Origin: Ostreococcus lucimarinus
Taxonomy: Eukaryota
Assembly (NCBI GenBank): GCA_000092065.1
Contig: CP000593.1
Reading direction: 5' to 3' (one strand)
DNA: 64,000 nucleotides
The notes beneath the pieces were generated by a model that made no database searches, had not been told where the DNA came from, and was given only the letters and a program-made list of their open reading frames with translations. The position numbers were made by a program, and so were the translations under genes. This document shows positions 36,229 to 46,090 of this stretch, one piece after another (the stretch's first letter is position 1; each line of letters begins with the position of its first letter).

Positions 36229-39200
36229 ATGAGTGAAGTCGCGTCGCCGCCGGGTGATGCAAACACCCGGAAGCGCGGATTCGAACGGACGACCACAGCC
36301 ACTCGATCGCGACGCGCGCCATCGCGCGACGCGACGCGACGCGCGTCCAGCGCGCGAGCACGACGCGCGGTGAAACCGCGCGGTGATCCGAACAACCCGC
36401 GGTGCGCGACGCGCGACCGAGCGATCGGTGCGCGGCGTCGACGGCGATCGGCGAAGACGATCGCGGCGGACGGATCGAATCGGTTTTTCGAGACGCGCGC
36501 GCCGCGGGCGATCGAGGCGCGGAAGACGGACGGGATGGCGCGGACGGCGACGCGCGCGGTGAGGACGACGACGACGGGGGGGGGGCGGAGGCGCGGAAGC
36601 GCGGTGAGACGACGCGGGGGGACGCGGGGACGCGCGAGCGCGAACGCGGCGGATGAGACGACGGCGCGCGCGGACGCGGCGGCGGCGGTGCGAGATCTGG
36701 CGAAGACGCAGTTGAACGGCGCGGATGGGCCGAGGGTGTTTACGGTGCCGGCGGTGCCGGTGGCGGGGGCGCCGGTGAGGGTGTTCGCGGACGTGGAGCG
36801 GGCGGACGCGTTGCGGTCGGCGAGCGAGCGCACGCTCGTCGGCGGGTACAACCAGTGGAAGATTGGGTCGTTCGAGAAGGCGATGGAGCGGGTGGAGGGG
36901 ACGAGCTGGGTGTACGTCGACGTTGACGTCGATGAGCGGGCGTACGAAATGTCTTTCGTGTTCAGGGGTGACGGACAGGCGTATGAAAAAGACGAAGGCC
37001 AAGATTTCGTCGCGGCGGTCGACTTCGGGCCGACGCCGGAGGAGTTTGTGGAAATCCTAAAGGTGGTCGCCATGGAAGACGCGGCGCGCGCGGATGCGAA
37101 CGCCATAGTCGACGCTGAAATGGCGTTCGCCCGCGATGGCGTCGCGGGCGTCGGGGCGACGTTTGAAAAGTACGGGCGCCTCATTTGCAAAACCTCCACG
37201 GGGGACGCGGGCGTCGCCGGTAGCACGGAGCGCGTCTTCTGGAACAAGGCACTGAACCCTATTGGCGGTGACGACGCGGAGAAGCTCATCATGCACGTAG
37301 GATTTAACGGTTGGATGCGTGGCGTTGAGGAGAAGTTGACGCTCGTTCGCGCGACGGGCGAAACGAGAGATGAAAATAACGACTGGTGGGTCGCCGACGT
37401 CCCGATTCGTCCTTCGGCGAGCGTGCTCGACTTTGTCATCTCGGACGAGGACGAAATGGCTTGGGACAACAACGAGAACGCGGACTACCGACTCGCCATG
37501 GACGTCACGTCCGACGAGTCCACGTGGGAGGTCTTGCGAGAGCTCACATTCGAAGAAAAACGCGCGGAGGCGCTGCGAGCTTTGGTTGAGGAAAAGCAGC
37601 GCGTCGCCCGCCGCGCGGAGGAGGCCGCGGCGGCCAAGGCGAAGGCTATTGAAGTGGGCTTGAAGCAGCAGGCGTTCATCATTCACACCGAACCGAAAGT
37701 TCCCGAGGTGGGCAAGCCGCTCAAGGTCTTCTACAACAAGAACAACACCCACCTCAACTGGAGCGAAGAAATTTACTTGACTGGCGGCTTCAACCGTTGG
37801 GCGCACGAAACCGCGGTGGCGCCGATGAAAATGACGCCTCCGACTGAGGGCGAAGAATTTTTCTCCGCCACCGTGCCGAGCGTACCGTCTGACGCGTGGA
37901 TGGTCGACTTCGTCTTCAGCAGTGGCGTTGGCGAAGGTGCGCAGTATGATAACAAGGGCGGACGTGACTATCACATCCCGACGCGCGGAAGCGCGGCGAA
38001 AAAGCCGCCTCTGCACGTCGTGCACGTCGCGGTGGAGATGGCACCCATCGCCAAGGTTGGCGGTTTAGCCGACGTCGTCACCGCCATCGGTCGCGCCATT
38101 CAAGATAATGGACACTTAGTGGAAGTCATTCTTCCGAAGTATCAGTTTTTCAACAACTCAGTCTTGCTCGGCGCCAGAGAATACGAAACGCACTTCGATT
38201 GGGCGGGCACGACGATTCGCGTCGAAAAGTGCAAGGTGGAAGGCTTGCAGTGCTTCTTCATCGAGCCGCAAAACGGCATGTTCCAGACCGACTCGGTGTA
38301 CGGTAGAAACGATGATGCTGAGCGTTTCAACTTCTTCTGCAACGCTGCGCTCGAGTTCCTCCTTCGCACGGCTCGTCAGCCGGATATTCTTCACTGCCAC
38401 GACTGGAGTTCGGCAGAAGTCGCGCGAGCTTACTGGGACCACTACCATCACAATGGTTTGACCAAGCCAAAAGTGGCGTTCACGATTCATAACATGAACT
38501 ACGGGCAAGCCAAGCTCGGTGAGGCCGTGCACCACTCACAGATGACGACCACGGTTTCGCCGTCCTATGCGGGTGAAGTCTCGGGCAGCCCGGTGATCGG
38601 AGGCAACGGCGGCAAGTTTACCGGTATTCGTAACGGCATTGATCCCGACATTTGGGACCCCGAAACGGATGCATTCGTGCCGGTCAAGTATAACGCCGAG
38701 AACGCTGAAAAGGGCAAGGCAGCGGCCAGGGCTGAGCTTCGCAGTCGCCTCGGCATGACTGGTTGGGACGACAAGCCCATCGTCGGCGTCGTCTCTCGTC
38801 TCACCGCTCAAAAAGGTGTACACCTGATCAAGCACGCCGCACATCACACCATCAGTCGTGGTGGGCAATTTGTGTTGCTTGGTAGCGCGCCTGATCCCAA
38901 AATTCAAGGAGATTTCAACGGTCTCGCCAATCAACTCGCCGGCGACAACTCTGGTTTCTTCTTCGCGTTTGACGAGCCGTTGTCGCACCTCATGTACGCT
39001 GGTTGCGACATCATCTTGGTCCCGTCTATGTTCGAGCCGTGTGGTTTGACACAGATGATTTCCATGCGCTACGGTGCTGTACCTGTCGTTCGTGCCACTG
39101 GTGGCCTGCGTGACACCGTCTTCGACGTCGATAATGAAAAAGAGCGCGCGGCTTGGGAAATCGCCGGTTCCACCGACTGGGAAAAAGATGGCGACATGAC

Positions 39201-39390
39201 GAACGGCTTTAGCTTCGAAGGGACCGATGAAGGTTCGCTCAACTACGCGCTCGATAGATGCCTCGATGCCTTCTACAACGATCGCGTGTGGTTCCGTTCG
39301 CTTCAAAAGCGTTGCATGCTCCAAGACTGGTCCTGGAACAAGCCCGCGCTCGAGTACGAAGAGTTGTACTTCAAGATGCTCGGGCAATAA
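36229..39390 (+). CDS. Starch synthase III-type (three CBM53 starch-binding modules plus a KVGGL GT5 catalytic domain)
   Basis: Three CBM53-like repeats are present (..GGYNQWK..WVYVDVDV.ERAYEMSFVF..; ..HVGFNGW....WWVADVPI...VLDFVISD..; ..LTGGFNRWAH....FFSATVPSVPSDAWMVDFVFS..). The catalytic core reads HVAVEMAPIAKVGGLADVVTA, HCHDW, NGID...W.P, VSRLT.QKG..LI, VPS.FEPCGLTQM..MRYG..P.VR.TGGL.DT. The 1269-aa ORF extends upstream over the Nudix gene and is not coding there. Candidate ATGs are at 36229 and 36535; the latter starts a transit-like MARTATRAVRTTTT. Confidence 0.85.
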   Translation: MSEVASPPGDANTRKRGFERTTTATRSRRAPSRDATRRASSARARRAVKPRGDPNNPRCATRDRAIGARRRRRSAKTIAADGSNRFFETRAPRAIEARKTDGMARTATRAVRTTTTGGGRRRGSAVRRRGGTRGRASANAADETTARADAAAAVRDLAKTQLNGADGPRVFTVPAVPVAGAPVRVFADVERADALRSASERTLVGGYNQWKIGSFEKAMERVEGTSWVYVDVDVDERAYEMSFVFRGDGQAYEKDEGQDFVAAVDFGPTPEEFVEILKVVAMEDAARADANAIVDAEMAFARDGVAGVGATFEKYGRLICKTSTGDAGVAGSTERVFWNKALNPIGGDDAEKLIMHVGFNGWMRGVEEKLTLVRATGETRDENNDWWVADVPIRPSASVLDFVISDEDEMAWDNNENADYRLAMDVTSDESTWEVLRELTFEEKRAEALRALVEEKQRVARRAEEAAAAKAKAIEVGLKQQAFIIHTEPKVPEVGKPLKVFYNKNNTHLNWSEEIYLTGGFNRWAHETAVAPMKMTPPTEGEEFFSATVPSVPSDAWMVDFVFSSGVGEGAQYDNKGGRDYHIPTRGSAAKKPPLHVVHVAVEMAPIAKVGGLADVVTAIGRAIQDNGHLVEVILPKYQFFNNSVLLGAREYETHFDWAGTTIRVEKCKVEGLQCFFIEPQNGMFQTDSVYGRNDDAERFNFFCNAALEFLLRTARQPDILHCHDWSSAEVARAYWDHYHHNGLTKPKVAFTIHNMNYGQAKLGEAVHHSQMTTTVSPSYAGEVSGSPVIGGNGGKFTGIRNGIDPDIWDPETDAFVPVKYNAENAEKGKAAARAELRSRLGMTGWDDKPIVGVVSRLTAQKGVHLIKHAAHHTISRGGQFVLLGSAPDPKIQGDFNGLANQLAGDNSGFFFAFDEPLSHLMYAGCDIILVPSMFEPCGLTQMISMRYGAVPVVRATGGLRDTVFDVDNEKERAAWEIAGSTDWEKDGDMTNGFSFEGTDEGSLNYALDRCLDAFYNDRVWFRSLQKRCMLQDWSWNKPALEYEELYFKMLGQ

Positions 39391-39583
39391 ATAGTCGCGC
39401 GTCCGAGGGATTGCGCGAGTGCGCGAAAACTTCATCACACACAACCGCTAGCAACGCAAGATTAATTCAAATTCAATCACTGTACGCTATCGACCGATCC
39501 TTCAAGTCGCGCGTTTCGCCTTTCCGTCCCGAGGCGCTATCCTTGGGACAAGATGATGCGTTGACGTCAGACACCCGCCCGCG

Positions 39584-40291
39584 ATGCCCACCGCGCTCGC
39601 CTCGCGCGCTTCCACGTTCATCGGGCGCACGAACGCATCTTTGCGCGCGTCCTCGCACGCGTCAACGTCCACGGCGCGTCGTCCCGCGCCGATTCGAGCC
39701 GATGTTCGTCGTTCGTGGCAAAGCCAAAAATCGCTTCGCATGACTTTACAAGACGAACACGAGCGCCACACGTTCGAGTCGTACCTCTCCGACGGTGAGC
39801 GCGTCATCGGAGTCACGTTTCCCGACGGTCGAAGGCGAGAGAAGCTGGACGAGACGACGTGGCGCGTGCGATTGCTGCCGTTTGAGTTTTTGGGCCAACG
39901 CGTGACGGTGTACGCCACGCTCACGCTCACGCCGCTCGAGGAGGGATTGACGATCGGAGCGAAGGAACTGGAGTTCGTGGGATTACCGAAAGAGATGGAT
40001 TTACAAGGCAAGGTGAAACTCACGATGGAAGGCGCGCTTCGACCGCCGAGGGGTGATAAGACGGTGAACGGAGACGTGACGCTCACGCTCGACGCGGCGG
40101 TGAACGACTTCGTCGCGATGACTCCGGGGTTGGATTTCGTGGTCAACGGCATCAACGATACGGTACTGGCTAATTTACAAGGTTCTATCGAAGACAATCT
40201 GCTCGCTGATTACGCTCGATGGTGGAAGCAATGCCAGAGGTTGGCGGCGGTTCGCGCTTCTCGCGCCGCCGCCGCCGCCGCGACCGAGTGA
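39584..40291 (+). CDS. Plastid-targeted conserved protein, DUF1997-like (tentative)
   Basis: ATG at 39584 with a Ser/Ala/Arg-rich leader. The body (FESYLSDGERVIGVTFPDGRRREKLDETTWRVRLLPFEFLGQRVTVYATLTL...) resembles the cyanobacterial/plant DUF1997 family as I remember it. Not verified. Confidence 0.45.
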   Translation: MPTALASRASTFIGRTNASLRASSHASTSTARRPAPIRADVRRSWQSQKSLRMTLQDEHERHTFESYLSDGERVIGVTFPDGRRREKLDETTWRVRLLPFEFLGQRVTVYATLTLTPLEEGLTIGAKELEFVGLPKEMDLQGKVKLTMEGALRPPRGDKTVNGDVTLTLDAAVNDFVAMTPGLDFVVNGINDTVLANLQGSIEDNLLADYARWWKQCQRLAAVRASRAAAAAATE

Positions 40292-40506
40292 TCCAACATT
40301 CCACGCTTTGCCCTTCGATTCGCGCCGCGTTCCCTCATTCGCCTCGTCGCGTTGATTTTCACGGTCAAGTTGTTTGTAATTTATGATGCCCTAGCCCACA
40401 TCCACGTCGTTCGCCGTCATCCGAATCTTCGCTCGTCTCGCGCCGCGCTTCGCGCTTCGCGTCCCGCTCCGACGTCGTCGCGCCGCACACTCCGTCGTTC
40501 GTCGCC

Positions 40507-41853
40507 ATGGCCACCTCCGCCCTGGACGACGTCGTCCTCATCGCCAGCGCGGCGAAGGACTCGCACATCGTCGCCTTCGACGCGCGCACGGGCGCCGTCG
40601 TCAAGCAATACGTCGCCAAGGACGGCGCCGCCGCCCTGTGCGTGAGCAACTGCGAAAGAATCATCGCCATCGCGCCCGATAAGCGCGCGATGACGACGCA
40701 CGGCGTCGATAAAGAATCTCTCGAACGCGCCTCCGTGCTGCCCGAGCGGCCGAGCGCGGTGTGCGCGTCGAGAGACGGGGCGTACGTCGCGAGCGGGTCG
40801 GCGAGCGGGACGTGCGCGGTGTGGGAAGCGCGGAGCGGGCGGTTGCTCGCGAGGTTTAAAGCGCACTTTAAGGGCGTGACGACGATGACGTTCACGCCTT
40901 GCGGAAGCGCGCTGGTGACGGGAGGAGAGGATGGGGCGGTGCACGCGTGGAGGGTGAGCGCGCTGTGCGACGACGGCGGCGCGGGGACGCGAGCAAACGC
41001 GTGGAGAAGTTGGACCGAACACGCGCTGGGCGTGAGCGGGGTGACGTGTGGGAGCGTCGCGGGCGCGGGTGGAGACGTGAGCGTGGTTTCGTGCAGCGCC
41101 GATCGGACGTGTAAGATTTATAGCTTGGGGAATGGGACGACGCTTCGGCAGGTGCGATGTCCCACGGCGTTGACGTGCTGCGCGTTGGACGCGTGCGAAG
41201 CCACGCTCTACGCCGGTGGGGTCGATGGACGCGTGTTTGAGATCCCACTTAACGGTGCACCGTCGGTGGCGGCGAGTTTGGACGGCGGCATCGACGCGAG
41301 AGACGGCATGGTGGCGCTCGTCGGGCACTCGAAGAAGCTCGTGAGCGTGCGGTGCTCGAGCGACGGCAACTCCATCATCTCCGCGAGCGAAGACGGTACC
41401 GCGCGCGTGTGGGACGTCGCGTCTCGCCAGACGTTACACATTTTGCGTCATCCCAAGGCGCCCATCAGCGACATTGCTCTCATTCCTCGTTCGCGATACA
41501 GCGGTCAAGGCAGAGGCGATTACGGCGCCGATAGAAAGCGCGCCAAGACTTTGCCCGCGCCGACGTTCAGCAAGTTTCTCATCGGTCCGGGGGATCGAAG
41601 TGGATTGAAACCTTGGCAAGGAACGTCGGTTTCTATCTCCGGCATTTCCAAGAAGCGCGCCGTCGATGCATCTCAAACCGTCGGCCACGACGACGCGCCG
41701 ACGACATCCGGCGCCGTAGACGACGACGCTCGCGCCGCGCTCGCCAAGAAATCCACCGAGCTCGATCGCGCGCGCGCCGAGGTGGAAGAGTGGAAAAAGC
41801 TCTACGGCGACCTTAAGTCCTTAGTCGATCGCCAGCTCGTGGACGCGCCGTGA
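40507..41853 (+). CDS. WD40-repeat protein, WDR18/Ipi3-like (tentative), C-terminal coiled coil
   Basis: ATG at 40507. Several WD units are present (ASGSASGTCAVWEARSG, VTGGEDGAVHAWRV, CSADRTCKIYSL, SASEDGTARVWDV), and the tail ELDRARAEVEEWKKLYGDLKSLV is helical. Confidence 0.55.
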   Translation: MATSALDDVVLIASAAKDSHIVAFDARTGAVVKQYVAKDGAAALCVSNCERIIAIAPDKRAMTTHGVDKESLERASVLPERPSAVCASRDGAYVASGSASGTCAVWEARSGRLLARFKAHFKGVTTMTFTPCGSALVTGGEDGAVHAWRVSALCDDGGAGTRANAWRSWTEHALGVSGVTCGSVAGAGGDVSVVSCSADRTCKIYSLGNGTTLRQVRCPTALTCCALDACEATLYAGGVDGRVFEIPLNGAPSVAASLDGGIDARDGMVALVGHSKKLVSVRCSSDGNSIISASEDGTARVWDVASRQTLHILRHPKAPISDIALIPRSRYSGQGRGDYGADRKRAKTLPAPTFSKFLIGPGDRSGLKPWQGTSVSISGISKKRAVDASQTVGHDDAPTTSGAVDDDARAALAKKSTELDRARAEVEEWKKLYGDLKSLVDRQLVDAP

Positions 41854-42055
41854 CACTGTACTAATATAATCGTAGCCAACGCACAACTTTGTCCCGAAGC
41901 GCGTCAACCAACTCCGCACACGCGCGCGCGTTCGCCCCGCACCCGTCATCGCGCGCGCCTGGCGCAGAAAACACGCGTTTTTGACCGTGACTCGCGCGCG
42001 TCGCGCGAACGGACGCTCAACGCGCGCGTGAGACGGATCGAAAGGCGCCGCCGCC

Positions 42056-44821
42056 ATGGGCAAGAAACGAAACGAATCGCGCGACGAACGCGTCGATGAC
42101 GACGCCGACCACGACGCGTGGCTGCGCGACGACGAGTCGTGGCGGTCGTTAAGCGTGAACACCAACGCGCTCATGCTCGGGGCGCAAGAAGAAGGATTCA
42201 TGAGTTTGGAAGTTTTGGACCCGTCGGCGGCGAGCGACTACGCGAAGACAAACGCGTCAAACGGCGACGCAAAGGGAACGACGAAGAAAGGTGAAACGAA
42301 AGCGAAAGCGTCAATGAAGAGCGATGGTGATCGAGCGAAGGCCAAAGCGGGGAAGAAGAAGGCTTCGAAGAAGTCGAATGAGAATTCGACGACGACGGCG
42401 GTGCCGAGCGCGTTAGCGGCGCTGGACGAAGCCGCTCTGGAGGGCTTGTCGGGGAAGGAGGCGCGAATTATGAAGAGAAAACTGCGCTGGAAGGCAAAGA
42501 TCGAGGCGAAGAAAATAGCGAAGAAGAGTGGTGCGGTGGCGGTACCGGCGGCGAAGAAGAACAGTGGTGACGGCGTTGCCATCGTGGACGACGCGCCGAC
42601 AACGTCTGGCGCGACTCAAGCTAAGAAGAAGAAGGACACGAAAGTCACAGAGAAGAAAGAAAACAGAAAGACTTTAGTGAAACCGGATGAAGAGCTCGTT
42701 GCGGATGCAGCATTGGACGTGGAAGAGGATTGGGAAAAGATTACACACAAAAAGGTGGCGGCGAAAGATGCGCCGATGAATAAGGCGTCGACGGCGAGTG
42801 GTTTCGATTACAACAAGCACCCGACATCAGGAATGAGTGCTGTCGTCGATGGCGTGGATTTAGATCGTGGTTGCGACGTGAGTGCATGGTTTGAGTTTGA
42901 TTTACACCCGCTCATCATGCGCGCGATTCAAGATTGCGGTTTTACCACGCCAACGCCTATTCAGCGCGAGTGCTTGCTACCGGCGACAAAGGGTCGATGC
43001 GATATCATCGGTGCGGCGCAAACGGGGAGTGGGAAAACTTTAGCGTTTGCGTTGCCTATTTTGCAACGCTTACTTTCCCAAGGTATCGGTTTACCCGAAG
43101 GATACGCGACGAAAGAGGAAGAAGATTCAGAGCAATTGCCAGACGTGCTTCGAGCACTCATCGTCGCGCCCACGCGCGAATTAGCGCTCCAAGTCTGCGC
43201 CATGATGCGCGCAGTCGCGGTGTACACGAAAATTGACGTATGTCCTGTCGTTGGTGGGATGTCGAAGGAAAAGCAAGAACGACTTTTGAATAGGAAACCG
43301 GCAGTCATCGTCGCCACGCCTGGGCGGATGTGGGACACAATGCAAAGCGGCCACGAGCACTTGACCGAACTCAGCGCGCTTTCGTTTTTCGTCCTCGACG
43401 AAGCCGATCGTATGGTGGAGCGAGGTCATTTTAGCGAGCTCACGAGCATCATTCAGAACATCCCGCAGCCGCCGCGCATCAAGCGTCCGGGCGGCGCCGC
43501 AAAGCTCACTAGCGTAGAACGCGAGGCTGCGGGGGCGACGGATGCGTTCGCTGAGGACACGGAAGAGGATGATAAACAGAAAGTGTTAGCCCTGCGCCCA
43601 AAGCAGATGCTTGATCGACAAACATTCGTCTTCAGCGCTACGCTCACGGTTCCGGATTCTGTGCGCAGAAAGTTGAAAAAAGGTAAGGCGTGGACGTCGA
43701 AACGTCCGGCATCCATGAGCGGAAAGCCGCAGAGCGGTTCTTTAGAATCACTCATGGAGGCTGTTCCGTTTTACGGGCGTGTGAAAATGGTCGATCTGAC
43801 CACAAAAGAGCGTAAAGGGGGTGCCGTGGCGAAATCAATCGCGGAAAGTGCGCTGGAGTGCACCGAGGACGATCGCGACTCGCTGTTGTACTATCTCCTC
43901 TCGGCGCATCCCGGGATGACCATCGTCTTCGTCAACGCTATTTCATGCTTGCGTCGGGTCGTGGCGCTTTTGAAGATTCTTCGCGTGCCCGTGGAAGGGC
44001 TTCACGCGGGTATGCAACAGCGTGCTCGTTTGAAGGCGCTCGATCGATTCAAAGCCGCTGCGGCGGCGGCGGACAAGGGCGATCGCCACGCGCACTCGGT
44101 GCTCGTAGCCACCGACGTCGCCGCACGAGGTCTCGACGTCAAGGGCGTGGAACTGGTCATTCATTACCAAATCCCACTCAGTGCGGACACGTATATTCAT
44201 CGAAGCGGCCGCACTGGGCGCGCGGATAAGTTGGGCGCGGCGGTTTCCTTGGTGACGCCGAAGGATCGCGCGCGATATTACTCGCTGTTGAAGTCTCTCA
44301 ACCGCGACGGACCATTAGACCCGTTCCCGATCGCGGAAGAGACTTTGACCGCCGCGAGCAGACGTTTAGCCGTGACGCGTAAGATCGACAAGCTGTCGCA
44401 CGCGAAGAAGAAGGCCAAGGCGGACAAGGAGTGGCGCAAGACGAACGCCGAGGAGCTCGGCATCATTCTCAGCGAATCCGAGTCCGACGAAGATTTACAA
44501 GAGTACCAAGAAGACCAAAGCGCCAAGAGCACGGCTGCGGCAAACGAGCGCAAGCTTCGCGCTGAACTCGATGCCATGATCGCCATCCCGCTCGGCTCTC
44601 ATCGTCACTCCTTGATCGGAAGCGCGAAATTCCCCAGTCGCGGCGGCGGCGACGCGTTGCTCAAAGCCAAGCGCGCGCGCGCTCGAGACGAATCCAACGT
44701 CTCCGCCGTCGCCATGCTCAACGGCGACAAATCCTCAAAATCTCAGCCTTTACCCGCCGCAATCACCGGCGCCATCGCCGGCGGCGCTCGCGGCAAGCGT
44801 CGCAAGACCAAGAAAATGTAG
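42056..44821 (+). CDS. DEAD-box ATP-dependent RNA helicase, DDX24/Mak5-like, with a lysine-rich N-terminal extension
   Basis: ATG at 42056 in a gccgccATGG context. Helicase motifs: Q (GFTTPTPIQ), I (AQTGSGKT), Ia (PTRELA), II (DEAD), III (SAT), VI (HRSGRTGR). Confidence 0.88.
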   Translation: MGKKRNESRDERVDDDADHDAWLRDDESWRSLSVNTNALMLGAQEEGFMSLEVLDPSAASDYAKTNASNGDAKGTTKKGETKAKASMKSDGDRAKAKAGKKKASKKSNENSTTTAVPSALAALDEAALEGLSGKEARIMKRKLRWKAKIEAKKIAKKSGAVAVPAAKKNSGDGVAIVDDAPTTSGATQAKKKKDTKVTEKKENRKTLVKPDEELVADAALDVEEDWEKITHKKVAAKDAPMNKASTASGFDYNKHPTSGMSAVVDGVDLDRGCDVSAWFEFDLHPLIMRAIQDCGFTTPTPIQRECLLPATKGRCDIIGAAQTGSGKTLAFALPILQRLLSQGIGLPEGYATKEEEDSEQLPDVLRALIVAPTRELALQVCAMMRAVAVYTKIDVCPVVGGMSKEKQERLLNRKPAVIVATPGRMWDTMQSGHEHLTELSALSFFVLDEADRMVERGHFSELTSIIQNIPQPPRIKRPGGAAKLTSVEREAAGATDAFAEDTEEDDKQKVLALRPKQMLDRQTFVFSATLTVPDSVRRKLKKGKAWTSKRPASMSGKPQSGSLESLMEAVPFYGRVKMVDLTTKERKGGAVAKSIAESALECTEDDRDSLLYYLLSAHPGMTIVFVNAISCLRRVVALLKILRVPVEGLHAGMQQRARLKALDRFKAAAAAADKGDRHAHSVLVATDVAARGLDVKGVELVIHYQIPLSADTYIHRSGRTGRADKLGAAVSLVTPKDRARYYSLLKSLNRDGPLDPFPIAEETLTAASRRLAVTRKIDKLSHAKKKAKADKEWRKTNAEELGIILSESESDEDLQEYQEDQSAKSTAAANERKLRAELDAMIAIPLGSHRHSLIGSAKFPSRGGGDALLKAKRARARDESNVSAVAMLNGDKSSKSQPLPAAITGAIAGGARGKRRKTKKM

Positions 44822-44916
44822 ACTTCGCCGCGATTCGCGCTCTCATCAATGCACGCGTCGCCGTCATCTCATCGCCTCGCGCGCGTCACACCTCGCCGCG
44901 TCTCGCGCCCGACCGC

Positions 44917-45565
44917 ATGCCGTCGCGATCGATCGACGATTTCTGCCACCTCCCGCGCGACCTCGCGCCCGGGTCGATCGGCGCCGACGTGCACTGCCTG
45001 CAAAGACTCCTCGTCCGGGAAAAGTTTTTGAAACGCGGCGCCCGAGCCGATGGACGATACGATGCGAACACGCGCGACGCCGTCAAGGCGTGGGCGACGG
45101 CGAACAAGTGGGCGAACGTCAGTGGCGGCGTAGACTCCGCGATGCGGCGCGCGTACGGCGAGGTGCGTGATGGACGCGGACCGATGACGAACGACCGACC
45201 GACCGACCAGTTGGACCGAAGACTGACGAGACGACGGACGCGCGCGCGCGAGATAGGCGAACGATTACGCGACGACGTCGAGCGGACGGTTGGTGAACGA
45301 TTGCGCGAATGGGAAAAATGTCGATGGGTTGGCGTGCGTGGACGTGTGCGTGGAACACGGGGAGACGACGCAGTATTGTCAGACGAAGTGCGCGACGCGA
45401 GACGACGATAAAAAGTTTGCGTGCAGAGCGGCGTGTCAGGACGCGTTCGCGGGTGCGTGCGATCGTGCGTTTCCACCGACGAGCGAAGAAAATCGGGTGA
45501 AGTTTGAGGGGTGCTTAGAAAACATGGCGGCGGAGTGCGCGCGCTCGTGCAAGCGATGGAAGTGA
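44917..45565 (+). CDS. Small protein with a peptidoglycan-binding-like domain (PG_binding_1 type) and a Cys-rich C-terminal domain, 2 exons: 44917..45162 and 45257..45565
   Basis: Exon 1 encodes LAPGSIGADVHCLQRLLVREKFL....DGRYDANTRDAVKAW, which fits the G..G..V..LQ..L........DG.F...T..AV pattern. Exon 2 has 10 Cys (CANGKNVDGLACVDVCVEHGETTQYCQTKCATRDDDKKFACRAACQDAFAGAC...C...C...C). The two ORF-track fragments join in phase 0. Confidence 0.65.
45163..45256 (+). other. Predicted intron (94 nt) of the PG-binding-domain gene
   Basis: Donor GAG|GTGCGT at 45163, ACTGAC at 45222-45227, acceptor TAG ending at 45256. Exon 2 is open exactly from 45257. Confidence 0.65.
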
Positions 45566-45672
45566 TGAAATCGTCGAGTCAAACGTGTAAATCGCGCGGC
45601 GTAGCCGGCTCTGGATTAACATTTTCACAACAAACTCGGTCGGCGTCGTCTCCCTAACGGCATCCTAACGGC

Positions 45673-46090
45673 TCATTCCTCGAGATTAATCGAGTTTCCT
45701 AGTCGCTCGTACAATTTCTAAATCTCGTCAGTCGTCGAACGCGCGCGCGGTCCGACGCGCGAGGCGCACCTTTTTCAACTCCTCCATGCCTTCTCGCAAC
45801 ACCTTCCTCTCCCCCTTCAGCGCCTCCAACGCCGCGCGCTCGCGCGTCAGCATCGCCTCAACCTTCGCCTCCGCCTGTTCGTTGTCCATCTTCACGAAGC
45901 ACTCCCCCATGAGCACGCACGCGTCGTCCTCGTCGTTGACCGCGAGCTCGGTCGAGGCTTCGTCCAAGTCATCGATCTGCTTCTCTTTGTGTTTAATCTC
46001 CGAGTTTATCTCGTGCGCGCGCGCGTTCATGCGCGAGAAGGCGCATATGCGCTGTTGGTCCTCCCACGTCACCTCCTTCGCGGCGCTCAT
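45673..46090 (-). CDS. PFD4: Prefoldin subunit 4 (PFD4), 2 exons: 46090..45770 and 45717..45673
   Basis: The product starts MSAAKEVTWEDQQRICAFSRMNARAHEINSEIK...; compare human EDQQKINKFARNTSRITELKEEI. After splicing the C-terminus reads ...MEELKK|KLYERLGNSINLEE, matching human ..LKVQLYAKFGSNINLEAD. The unspliced read-through (VRLARRTARAFDD) does not match. Confidence 0.88.
45718..45769 (-). other. PFD4 intron (52 nt) preceding a 45-nt terminal exon
   Basis: Donor AAG|GTGCGC; ACTGAC (plus-strand gtcagt at 45727-45732); acceptor TAG; phase 0. Confidence 0.8.
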
